In this document: one piece after another, positions 1 to 11,900 of the stretch | Layout of the letters: each line of letters begins with the position of its first letter | Position numbering within the stretch: the stretch's first letter is position 1 | DNA from: Eledone cirrhosa | Taxonomy: Eukaryota | Assembly: GCA_964016885.1 (NCBI GenBank) | Contig: OZ024743.1 | Location: 9,734,001-9,798,000, forward strand | Direction: 5' to 3' | Length of the DNA stretch: 64,000 nucleotides | Notes under the pieces: model-generated | What the model was told of the DNA's origin: nothing | The model's input: only the letters and a program-made list of their open reading frames with translations | The model's database searches: none | Made by a program: the position numbers and the translations under genes

Positions 1-542
1 CGGAAAATATGTTTCACTTGTTAGCATGTTATTAACTTTTAGAAATGAAAAATTAATTATAAATCGTTTGTAATCACATCTTTTGGAGACAAAACGTTAT
101 AACAAATATTTAATATTAAAATACTAAAATATTTACAATAGCAAATCTCTAGAAAAAATCATCTGTAGTATTTAATTTAAGCTTCAGTTGGTAATTGTAT
201 CGAATGCAGCCTGATTATTGATTAAAAGTAATTAACAGAGAAGATAAACAGCATAGGTTTTGCAGCTTTTAATATTTGCTATCATGTTCAATTCATTAGT
301 ACGTTAGTTTCCAAAAGTGAGATTAATCAGTGTTGATCTTCATATTTAATCACAATTCCAAATATTTGTGATGAAATTCCAAATATTTATTGGTTATAAA
401 TTACTTCCAGAATTTTGGAATGAAATATCTATGCCAGGGATAATTATCACGATAGTTACATGTCGCGTGAAATGACATAGTTCGGTCACATTCCTAATTT
501 CCCTAGGCAAACGAAATGCGGACACAACTTCCATTTCTGCAT

Positions 543-549
543 ATATAAG
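543..549 (+). promoter_or_regulatory. Possible TATA box upstream of the decayed receptor gene
   Basis: The motif atataag lies within tatataag, about 45 nt before an ATG at 591 that opens a signal-peptide-like stretch. The motif is common in AT-rich DNA. Confidence 0.25.
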
Positions 550-590
550 ACCTTGCATCGACTCTGTGCATTCAATTTAAAGTCAACGAG

Positions 591-2330
591 ATGCTATTCT
601 GGATTTAGCTATTCTTAGCTATTCTGAGTGGAAGCCTTGCACTGGATAATTATCGAAAACCAGCCTTGAAATCCCGACACAAGTATTTTAATTGGAAACG
701 TACATATTTTGACTGAACAGTTTCTTAGAATTGTGGTTTCGAAATTCTTTATTGTGAATCTCGATTAATTATACATAATAACTTATTGGGCTTTTATAAG
801 TTCGATCGTTAGCGTTTCTAATTTAGTATTTATAGCCTGTATAAATTTCTATAAACGACTTAATTATAATTGCAATTATTACTTGCCACGCGTAACCTCA
901 TTGATGTGAAGAGGACCTTCTCACGCAAATGATATTTTGATTTATCAAATAGCATTCAATAATATTTCATGAGGTAAATGTCATGCTAACGTTGCCATAA
1001 ATCTATTCATATCAGATAAAGTAGTATTTGGACAATTGTTATTCTATTAAATATAATGCAGTAATTATTTCACGGAAATTCCTTTCTCCTATTCATAATG
1101 TTTTATGATAACCGATAAATCAAGTGAGGACATTGCGAAACCATCCACTTTCCATATTAACCTTGTTAAGTATCACTGTTTGGTTTTTGATTATTTCTCC
1201 ATAGTTATTTGTAAAAATGATTCTACGCTAGGAGACTATTTCAGAGTGATATAAACATACCATGAAGCCTGAAGTCATATCCCATTCATATGATAGCCTT
1301 ATCGTGAAGGAACTGCTTTTTGCTTGGGAAATGTGTTATAACCCAGCTAATTCCTTATGCAATTTTTCTTAATATAATCAATCCAGATATATCTCTTTAA
1401 TACTAGGGGTATTGTCTCTAAACCCATCGTAACTTTTATGGTTTAATTCAGCGAATATAATCCTATATACTACATCTAGAAATGTAGGTAGCTACTCCTT
1501 TACTACTGTCAAATTTTGTTCTGAACTGCTACAACCATATAAGTTCACAGGATTAGCACCATGTACACATATAACACAATGCAGCTGGCAAGCAGGCAAA
1601 CATCGAGACCCCATAAAAAATGTCCAGCTGATTAATTTTATTTACTGTGAAACTATAATTACAAACAGACTGACACACTCTGCTCACATTGTATCTCGTC
1701 TAACGATACTGCAATGATTAATTCTCCCTGTATTTTAAGTGGTCTTTTGAACACAGACAAAATATAAAAAGAGAATCATGGTTTATGTTTTACCAGAAAC
1801 ATTGGTATCTAAATTTGTAAAAGGTATGTGAAATCGCTTTTCCATAATAAACACCTTTCATAATTAGTGAGGCACAATAGGAAGAAAAATATATTTACAG
1901 AATTAAAAGTAGTTTTGCAATATATAATTGCAGACTATCCTAATATATTAAAGTAAAATACAGCACATCATAAATGTCATTAGTTTCAGACTTTTTTTAC
2001 TTACGGAATATAACGCTCATTTGATTGATTTATTTATATTGCTAAATGTTTAGCAATTGTACAAATCAAAGTTTCTAAGCTTTTTACAATTATAAGATTT
2101 CTGTAGTAATCTGGGATCTATCGGACAGTTTGGCCACAACAGAGGATATTGTTTGTACTTTATCTGGAGCAGGACAGTGTAGCAGATAACATTTCTCTCG
2201 ACGTTTCACGAATATCTGTGACAAAACTCAAGAAATACTTTTATATCGCAATTTTATTGCTTACGTTGATAAACTGTTTATCCTGATAGTTCCTATTTTC
2301 TGCTCAATGGTTTACATCAGCCAATTTTAG
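591..2330 (+). pseudogene. Decayed Cys-loop ligand-gated ion channel (nAChR-like, possibly cephalopod chemotactile receptor type) pseudogene
   Basis: Manual translation gives motifs in nAChR order. 591: MLFWI*LFLAILSGSLA (signal-like). 1262-1717, one frame with two internal stops: NFS*YNQSRYISL..LNPS*LLWFNSAN (cf. NPSDY..WxPDIVLYNSAD), then C-x14-C-x6-SW (Cys-loop/loop B-like). 1726-1795: PCILSGLLN[22-nt insert]IMVYVLP, the 15-residue P-to-P spacing of M1. Then LPETLVSK..IAF..FIISE (M2-like). ~2250-2330: FIAYVDKLFILIVPIF (M4-like, cf. FVAMVIDRLFLWIF). Multiple stops and frameshifts. Confidence 0.55.
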
Positions 2331-3870
2331 TGCGCTTTGCGACGTATCATCCAGTTTTTGGTGATGGTATATTAACTGTTTAAAGCTTCACAAATAGGGA
2401 GAAACCTACGCACATTTCACGATATTTCTATATTGTTAACTTATTAATCTGAATATTTGTTAAATTATTTGAAGCAAGAAGGTGAGTATTGTAAAAGAAA
2501 AAAAAACCTTATATTCTTAGTTTGATTCCTGTCAAAATTGATATAATTTTCCTATTAGCTTGGAGTCAATAATGTATATATCGATTAATTATTCTCCACC
2601 GTGATTGTTCGTACAGATATCACATTTATAACTACATTTATAGACGTCAAAGGCAGAGTGTTTCATTGATCTCATCTATCTGATTGAGATCTCCTGCTTT
2701 AGAACCCAAATGAAGTTAATCGAGCAATGGTTATTGAGATTAAACATATTGGATCTTGCAATAGTTACAGTTTAGATTCAATAAAAATAATAAGCCTCTA
2801 TCTTATTATTTTGAACATGTCTGTAAAGGAAGTAGCGTAATTTCAGAGGATAGGGCTCCAGATTTGAGATATTGGCGTTGTATGTATACTACAAATTCGA
2901 GTACCAATCAGAGCGTAGGACTAGACGGTAAAGCATTAATCAACGTGTAGTTTACTGATCTTCAATCTCAATAATAATTTAATACATACGTATACATAAG
3001 TTTATACATTACTCATTTGTGAATCATTTCAACAATTCATTTCATTTTAAGCCTGACATCATTGTCCTATTTTGTTAAGGACACGAGTTTTTCTTCTTTA
3101 ACTGAACAAGTAACAATTGCTAAAATCGATATTCAACCTCATTCTAACAGAATGTTCTGCTTTTCCGCAGTAGTGTATTTTTATTTTAAGTATATAAACA
3201 AAACAATCTTTACAGCTTCAAAAGCTTTTATCTGAAATAAATAAATAGTAATTTTATCGATAATTCTTCAGCCTATAGATTTAAAGGACAAAAGCTGGGC
3301 GTAGGCTATTGTTGGTTGCTGGAAATTTTTTCTAGAATAACAAGTTCCCTTATCTACATCAATTCGTTTATATCGATTTCATAAAGCAATTTGCATTTTT
3401 CATTTCACAAACTATTGTTTTAAATATGACTTTAATAAAAGGCTACTTTGCCAAATTGCAGTGTTTTGATTGAATTTTTTATCATTAACAAAACATGTCT
3501 AGTAAAATTACTTATAATTATTCAGTATATTTTTGTGTACCTCTTAAATATTCTTTGTTTTTAAAATGAATAAATAAAATCCCAACAAATTCTTTAAGTA
3601 TAAATTGTAGCCGTTTGACTCTGCATGGGTATTGTTAATGTTTAAATGCTATTTCCTTAGTTTGTAATGCTGATTTCAAGTCAGTCAATGTGCCTTGAGT
3701 AATACGAAATCAATAAATTGTATTCTCCACATAACCTGAAGTATAGTGTAAGGCCTTCTCTGACACCTTGAATAATATAAAGGTATATAGTTGAAAGAAT
3801 CAATAATAATTGTAAGACACTTATTACAAAAAAAGCATTTTTGAAATGAGGCTGTTTAAATGTTTTTCTT

Positions 3871-3961
<91 letters not shown>

Positions 3962-4036
3962 CTGTAAATAAGAATGGTTTTCCGAAAGGGAACACAGTGG
4001 AATCATAGTGAAAGAGAGTACTCAATACATTAGTTA

Positions 4037-4096
<60 letters not shown>

Positions 4097-4664
4097 CATA
4101 TAAAAATGCTTCGTTGTAACATATTGAACCATTGAACCTATCAAGATTTTACGTTAAATTAAGAACTGTCATTTACGTCCTAGTATTTCTGAATTTAGCA
4201 CTTTCTTTCGTGAATGTAAAAAGGAGACAAAAGAAAGTAAAACAAGTAGAATATGTTCTTAACATAAATCCTGAAACTTTGCAGGTTTACGCTCACAATC
4301 GGATTTTAATGGAGATCAATTTATAACATAAAACTGGGATTGATTAATAGCAAACGGCTTTCAATGCAAGCAATATAACATTCCATTCTCATATATATTA
4401 ACAAAAATTGCCGCATGATTTGAAATTCTTGTTTTATTTTAAACTGTTTTGCTACTCTGAATGTTTGGAATAATGAATAACCTCACAGCTTAACGGAACC
4501 TAAGTAAGTGTAAAAATTGAAATATTTGAAATTCTATGTTGTTATTCTCTTGCATTTTAACAACGCTTATATCTTTATAATATAACTGGTATTTCGCCAG
4601 TATTACATACATAGTATACAGACTAAATTACACACATTGACGCATAGACACACACACACACCCG

Positions 4665-4695
<31 letters not shown>

Positions 4696-5805
4696 GTCCA
4701 TCATACAAAATGTATAAAGGCCTCAGCAACTGATACGTTGTATGTCAATTAGAATATGTCTTTTCCCTCCAAATATATTTTTTCCATTTTGAAGTATCTA
4801 TTTCCTTATCTAAATTTGTTGAAAATCCTCATTCCCTTATAAGAATCACTATACATTTTACCAACTCATTCTCTTCTTATACCACCAACCATCATCATCA
4901 TGTGTTATATTTTCATGTCCTTTCAACATCATCCTTATATATTGGTAATGAACCGAATAATTAGTATTAGTAATATTGTCAATAACATCATAATTCTGCA
5001 CATGCATCAAATGATTGATTTGTCATAACATTATATATTCGTTGATTCATTATATTTATGTTGTTTAAGATTTTAACATCCAAACATCTAAATATTGTTC
5101 TTAATATATTATTAAGATGACTATTTCTATTCTACTTGAGTGGCTCATTCTCTCCACCGACACTCTGCAGCATACTAATAAAGACTAATTAATCATCAGA
5201 ACAATTAATCAAATGGCTATTTCTATAAGAATTAGATTTTTAATAGGATTTAGATTTAATTAAATGAACTGCAAATTTTCATATTTTCCTTCTATTCTTT
5301 ATTAAAAATACGGCCATTATTTTCTTTGGAAGTGCACACGAACCTAAGAAGGCTGAAGCAATTGCAAATTAGAATAAAGAAAATAAACAGCAATTTTATT
5401 CCTATTCATTCGTTGATATTAGTTAACAAAATTTACTTTGAATTCACGCGCTCAAATTAGTTAGTCTATATAATTGAAGACAAGTGGTATTGTTAGAGTG
5501 CAATTACCTCTTTGGAGCTAAAGTCATGATAGAATAGAATGAAGCAGCGGCTGCTTAACAATGGTATAAAAACATTTATGTGAAGATCTTGAGGTAGAAG
5601 TATCATCCTCATTACTCATTCAAAATCTGTTCAGGTTCCTAACAATTGCTTAAAGTAACACCACGGTAGTAAATTGTAGTAAATTAGCAAATACTTCCTT
5701 TGAAAACACCAATGAAATTATTTGAAAATCGTTTTCGTTAAAAAATTCTGGGAACTCCTTATCAGAGAATGCCAAGATTATTTAGAATTATTGATAATCA
5801 TTATT

Positions 5806-5990
5806 GGATTGGCAGTAACGGTAGAGGGTCGGACTCCATGCTTTGCAGCAAAGAGTTACGGCCCTTTATGGTCTGAGTTCAAATCCCGCCGAGGTTAACT
5901 TTGCCTTTCATCCTTACGGGGTCGATAAAATAAAATACCAGTAATACACTGGGATAATTACTGGCCTTGTACCAATAGTAGAAACAATTA
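5806..5990 (+). mobile_element. Octopus-type tRNA-derived SINE
   Basis: B-box-like gagttcaaatccc followed by gccgaggttaactttgcctttcatcc..ggggtcgataaaataaaataccagt, ending at (TA)n. A near-identical copy lies on the - strand at 51437-51616. Confidence 0.75.
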
Positions 5991-6023
5991 TATATATATA
6001 TAATTATATATATATATAATGCC

Positions 6024-6079
<56 letters not shown>

Positions 6080-6357
6080 ATATATATAGAAACACACATA
6101 TACATGCGGACACATATATATACATGAATATATCCACATATATCCTTGAGTTAGTGGTACCACCTCAAACGATGTTGCTCTATGAATAACTGGGACAAAC
6201 CAATCCGAATTTCTCTCTTCATAATGTATTATATATATATATATATATATAATGCCGAAAGTGATATATGTAAGAAGGCTAAGACAATGCAAAATGGACG
6301 GTAAGATGAAGGCAACGAAACAGTTAGTTACCTGGTAATCTTTGTTGTTGTTTTTTG

Positions 6358-6400
6358 CGTCCTAATATTTCGCGTTTTAAAATTCCCTTCGTCAGAGTAT
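6358..6400 (-). ncRNA. Degenerate hammerhead-like motif
   Basis: Minus strand reads ctgacga-agggaattttaaaacgc-gaaa-tat-ta. Core boxes are present but stems I and II pair poorly. Confidence 0.3.
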
Positions 6401-6823
6401 AGAGAACTCTCAGAGAAAACCGCTCTGGTCTATTCGCTTAGAAATTAGGATTAAATCGAATATTTATAAACCCTTTTCAAGCGTTGTTTAAAGTTTGCTG
6501 TATACATACATATATACAGTGGCGGACTGGCCAGGTTGCCAGGTTGCCTAATGGCAAGTGGGCCCCAGGGTAGCATTGCAGAAGCACACAGTAGCGTTGC
6601 AAGGCCCACTGTAGTATTTTAGAGGCCGATGCTTTGCTTTCAAAAAACACCTGAAGTCTAAGAGAAAGAACAAAATAATTTTTAAAAAATAATAAATAAA
6701 TTAAGCAAAGCATTTGTTCGAACAATTACCCAGGGAATTAATAAAAACCAAAATATATGATAGTGCAAATAGCTGGAATCAGTGGTTGTACATTCTACTA
6801 AATCTAAAGCTTAGTGTATTCAA

Positions 6824-6889
<66 letters not shown>

Positions 6890-6891
6890 TT

Positions 6892-6940
6892 GATTCCTGA
6901 TGATTTCTAAAGAATGAAACAGTTCTAGTCCTGTAGAATC
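6892..6940 (+). ncRNA. Type I hammerhead ribozyme in a short PLE-like end (6892-7030)
   Basis: GAUUC-CUGAUGA-UUUCUAAAGAAU-GAAA-CAG(UUCUAGUC)CUG-UA-GAAUC. Stem I is 5 bp perfect, stem III 3 bp, triplet GUA. Stem II is short with a U.U pair at its base. Flanked by (TA)n; the same family occurs at 25048-25243. Confidence 0.7.
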
Positions 6941-7033
6941 TAATCTATATTAAAACTTGTATACTCTGCTATGTATTGAGTACCTTACTTACTGTGGTTA
7001 CCTCCGATTCAACACGGAATAACTTACTATATA

Positions 7034-7082
<49 letters not shown>

Positions 7083-7114
7083 GCAAACATACATATATAG
7101 ACACACACACACAA

Positions 7115-7154
<40 letters not shown>

Positions 7155-7157
<3 letters not shown>

Positions 7158-7438
7158 TGGCGAAGGGTAACCTGCAAAGCAGGGCATGCAGTCCAATCGC
7201 CATGGAGGAAAGTGGGGTCGTGCAGCCCCCTCCCCCTATTCCCTCTAAATGACCCTCCGGTCAAAGTCGAATGTAGTGTTATCTAGTGTGTGTGTGTGTG
7301 TGTGTGTTATCTTTTTATGTGTCTATACGTTTTAATAAGCAGCCAAAATTCTGCTTGCTTCAACCGACGCAATTAATCAACTGAAGATTCTATAACGCAT
7401 GGACTGCGTGCGTTGCATGCACGGACCCTTCGCCCGTG
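7155..7438. mobile_element. MITE with imperfect ~40-bp terminal inverted repeats
   Basis: Left end cagtggcgaagggtaacctgca..gcagtcca matches the reverse complement of the right end cacgggcgaagggtccgtgca..gcagtcca. Flanked by (TA)n on both sides; no ORF. Confidence 0.55.
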
Positions 7439-7469
7439 ATATATATATATATATGTGTGTGTGTGACAG

Positions 7470-7599
<130 letters not shown>

Positions 7600-7808
7600 A
7601 TGTATGAATGTATACACCACCTTCAACACTAATTGATTTGACAGATGTCTTTAACACATTGATAACAATGGTCAGTAGTTCGTGTGTATGTGTAAGTATA
7701 TATATATATATATATATATATATACTTACACATAGACACGAACTACTGACCATTGGTATCAATGTGTGAAAGACAGGCCCAACTAGCACACCGGAACCCA
7801 ACGACCCT

Positions 7809-8309
7809 GTGCTGATTGCGGAGGCTACCCAAACAACCCCGAATGATGGTAACCACGCGGTACATGTGGTGGGGCTTAAGAAGTCATGTTATTGCAGAGA
7901 CCCATCACTATGCCCCCTTAGTAATGAATGCATGACGAAAAACGTGGTCTACAGGTGCAAGGTCACAACCCCTAACTCGGAGCACCACTACATAGGATCC
8001 GCAGCGACGAGCTTCAAAGATCGGTGGTATAACCATCGCCATTCCTTTAACAGAATAGATAAGAGGAAATGTACGGCCCTTTCTGAATTGATCTGGAAGC
8101 TCAAACTTGAAAAGACCCCGCACTCTCTGGTCTGGTCCGTGGTTAAAAAGGTTCCCCCAGACAGAGGCGGGTCTGGTATTTGCAACCTCTGTCTTAGTGA
8201 GACACTCGAGATTCTTCATGGCGGAACCAAGCTATTAAACAGACGGGCCAACTTATTCAGTGCCTGCAGACACCTAAGGACGGGAACTGTCCTCAAGCTA
8301 TATGGATAA
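7809..8309 (+). mobile_element. Penelope-like element C-terminal GIY-YIG endonuclease fragment (Naiad-like Cys pattern)
   Basis: CYC..CPL..C..VVY..HYIGS..FKDRWYNHRHSF..ALSELIWKLK..CNLCLSE..LLNRR..CRH. The RT portion is absent (5' truncated). Confidence 0.8.
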
Positions 8310-8749
8310 ACCCCGGTTACGGCATCCCACAAGCCCCCCCCCCCCCCCCTGTAGGTCCCCTACACCCCGTACCAATGACCAATGGACAACAACAACCACC
8401 CATAGTTTGTGGTCCCTATGGTGGATGGTCCACCGGATCCTCTACCGGTTAGGAGTCATCTAAACCACGTCTTATTGAACATGATTTTATATATATATGT
8501 ATATATATGTCATGTGTATGTGTATATATATTTTATATGTGTATATATGTGTATTTTATATATATGTATGTATGTATATGTATATATTTTATATGTATGT
8601 GTATGTGTATGTGTATTTTATATATATATATGTATGTATGTTTTATGTGTGTATGTATATTGTGTATGTGTGTATTTTATGTATATATATATATTTTTAT
8701 ATTTTTGTATGTATATATTTTATATATATGTATGTTCTGTGTATATATA

Positions 8750-8807
<58 letters not shown>

Positions 8808-8969
8808 CGCATACACATACATATAAAATATATACATACACATACATACATATATATAAAATACACATATATACACATATAAAATATATATACACATACA
8901 CATGACATATATATACATATATATATAAAATCAGGTTCAATAAAACGTGGTTTAGATGACTCCTAACCT

Positions 8970-11900
8970 GGGTGTGTGTGTGGGTGAGTTATATAGGTGA
9001 TTCCGTAAGAAGATTTGGTTGAAAGGTTGGTAAACTCCTAGGATGGTAGTTGATTCCGCGGTCAAGCTCCACATACGAGTATTCCATGAAGAGATGGTCG
9101 GAAGAGGAGAGATGTGGGGTGCGCGCGGAACAGGAAGTGGTCAAGGCTGTAGGAGTGCTGTGTGTCTGTTTGTGCTGGGAGGTGGTCAGAGGGCATAGCA
9201 GCAGTCGGGTGGAATGGTAAAGGGGCGAGGATGGGTAGGTGTGAAAGTTGGAGTGAGGAGGGTGTGTGTGTGTATTAGTAGAGGTGTTAGTGGGATGAAA
9301 GAGTGTGGAGAAAGGGTGTGGGTGGAGAGGGGAGAGAAGGGTGTGGGGGTCGATGGAGGGAGTGTGGTGTACTGGTGTGTGTATAGTTTGATAAAGGGGG
9401 TGTTAGTGGGTATTAGTATACGGGACGTGGGGAGGGGTTTATTGCAGGTGTGAGTGGGGGTTAGTGGTGGTAGGGTGTGTAGAGTTGCTGGTGTACGAGG
9501 GTGTGTGGCTACGTGTGCGTGGGGTTGGGGGTGTTAGTCATGTTAGTTGCGTGTGGGGTGGGTGCGTGTGTTCGTGTGCTTGGGGTCAGGGGGTGTTAGT
9601 GATGTTAGTTGCGGGGTGGTGGGATGGAGGTGTGTGGGTGAGGGTTAGTGGTGGTAGTAGGATGTGTGTTTAGTGTGAGCGCTTGTATATATGTGCCGGT
9701 GGGTGTGTGCGTGTGATAAGGAGGGGGGGGGAAGAGGGGAGGGATGTTAGTATGTTAGTTGGGGAAGGGTGGTCGGATGAGGGGTGGAGTGGAGGTGTTA
9801 GTTTGTTAGTTGTGGGGTGGGCGGTGAAAAGGAGGGGTGTGTTAGTGGTGTTAGTGGGGGATATGAGTGGGGGGAGGGGAGCGGTCGAAGGCTAAAGGAA
9901 TAAGGGTGGGGAGTTCAGGCCGGGGGGGAGTGTGGATCTGTAAGATGAAGATGGTTCTTTGTTCAACTCTGAGGAGATTGGCGGGTGTTCCGTGGCATTG
10001 GAGTAGGCCACAGACTGTGAGATGGCGTGCGGAATGTCCAGGGGAGCCAAAGTGGCGGGCGATGGGGGAACTACCACCGAGACGAATATCCCGGAGGTGC
10101 TCAGTGAATCGGTCCGCCAGGCGACGTCCCGTCTGTCCGACATAAGTCGGACATAAGTCGTAGACTAGGTTGGAGGAGGTGCAGCGGAAGGCATGCCGGA
10201 CAGAGAGAGAGTGGCCATTGGGACCCTGGAAGGTGGTGGTGTTGGTGATGTGGGGACAGGTGTTGCAGCGGGGCCTAGAACAGGGAAAGAAACCGGGGGG
10301 GGCATGGGTTGGGGGGTAGGGAGATGTAGACGAGGAGGGTGCGGCGATTGGGGTTGGGAAGATGTGGGAGGTGGAGGCGTCGGAAGAGGCGGCGGATGGT
10401 GCGATGGAGGGGTAAGGTGGAGGGGGGGGGGGGGGGGGGGGGCAGCACGGGCGCGGGTGAGAGAGGTGTGGATGAGAGAGAGGGGGTAACCTCTGCGGAT
10501 GAAATGGCTGACTAGGGAAAGGGCCTGGGACTCGAGGTCAGCATCTCGGCTACAGAGGCGGCGGATCCTGAGGAGTTGGGAGTAGGGAATAGAGTGTTTA
10601 GTGTGTGTGAGGTGGGAAGAGGTGAAGTCGAGGTAAGAGTGGGAGTCGGTGGGTTTGAAGAAGGCGGAGGTGACGAGGGAGTGGTGGCAGGGGTCGAAGA
10701 AGACGATGGAGATGTCTAAGAAGTGGACGTGGGTGGTGGAGATAGAGGTGGTGAAGTGGAGGGAGGGGTGGAAGGAGCAGAAGAAGGAGAGAAAGGAGTC
10801 GAGCTGTTCTCGGGTGAGGGTCGTGGCTCCGATACAGTCGTCGATGTAACGACCGTACAGTTCGGGCGTGGCGCCGGTGTACTGGGCAAAGATTTGGGCC
10901 TCAACATGGCCAACAAAAAGGTTGGCATAGTTCAGGCCCATTCTTGTACCCATGGCTACCCCCGTGACCTGTTGGTAAAACTCATCCGAGAAGGAGAAAG
11001 AATTGAGGGTGAGGACCAGCTCGGCGATGCGAAGGAGGGTGGGGGTGGAGGGAATGGGGGAGGGGCGGAGGTCGAGGTAGTGTTTGAGGGCGCGTAGGCC
11101 GTCGGCGTGGGGATAACGGTATAGAGGGACTTGATGTCTAGGGTGAAGAGGAAGGGCTGTGGGCCGGGTAGGTGAAGGAGTCGAAAAGGCGCAGGGCATG
11201 GTTGGTGTCGGAGATGTGGGAGGGGAGGGTGGTGACGAGGGGGGGGGCGAGGATGGAGTCGAGAAAGGCGGAGATGAGTTCGGTGGGGCAGTTGCAAGCG
11301 GAGATGAGTTCGGTGGGGCAGTTGCAAGCGGAGACGATGGGGCGGCCGGGGTTGTCGGGTTTGTGGAGTTTGGGGAGGAAGTAGATGGTGGGGGTGCGGG
11401 GGGTGCGGACGATGAGGTGGGAAGCGGTGGGGGGAGGGAGGAGGAGACAAGGTGTTGGATGGTGGAGGAAACTTGTTGCTGGTAGAGGGGTGTGGGATCA
11501 GAGGGTAGAGGGCGGTAGAAGAGGGGGTTACAGAGCTGCCTGAGGGCTTCGGCCGTTTAGAGGTCCGCGCGCCATACCACCACGGCGCTTCCCTTGTCCG
11601 CCGGTTTGATGACGATGTCATCTCGGCTACGGAGGCATCTTCGCCCCGTGAGATATTATTCCGTTTGGAACGGTGGCGGAAGTCGAAACGATTTACGGCG
11701 CTACGGCTGGCATCGACGAACGCGTCCAGGGTGCTAAATTGCCCTGGGGCCGGCGTCCAAGAAGATGGTCGTCGGCCCAGGGCGAGAAACGGGTCTGGGG
11801 CGTCCGGAGCCGGTGGCGTTCGGCCGAGATGTGCCTGTAGCTTCGTGCGTCGCACGAATCGCTCGACTTCCGTTCGGGTGCGGAACTCGTCGCTGTGCGG

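Noticed and set aside
591-682. TAG in the signal peptide rescued by A-to-I editing (UAG to UGG)
   Set aside because: Downstream TAA stops, an insertion and frameshifts indicate ordinary pseudogenisation.
1560-2200. Trypsin-like serine protease pseudogene (SWQAG, YCETII..SAH/CI, CTLSGAG)
   Set aside because: No DIAL or GDSGGP motif is present. The Cys-loop receptor reading explains more motifs with better spacing.
7809-8450. Selenoprotein/SECIS feature as reported for some Naiad PLEs
   Set aside because: No in-frame UGA at the Cys positions and no evident SECIS in this fragment.
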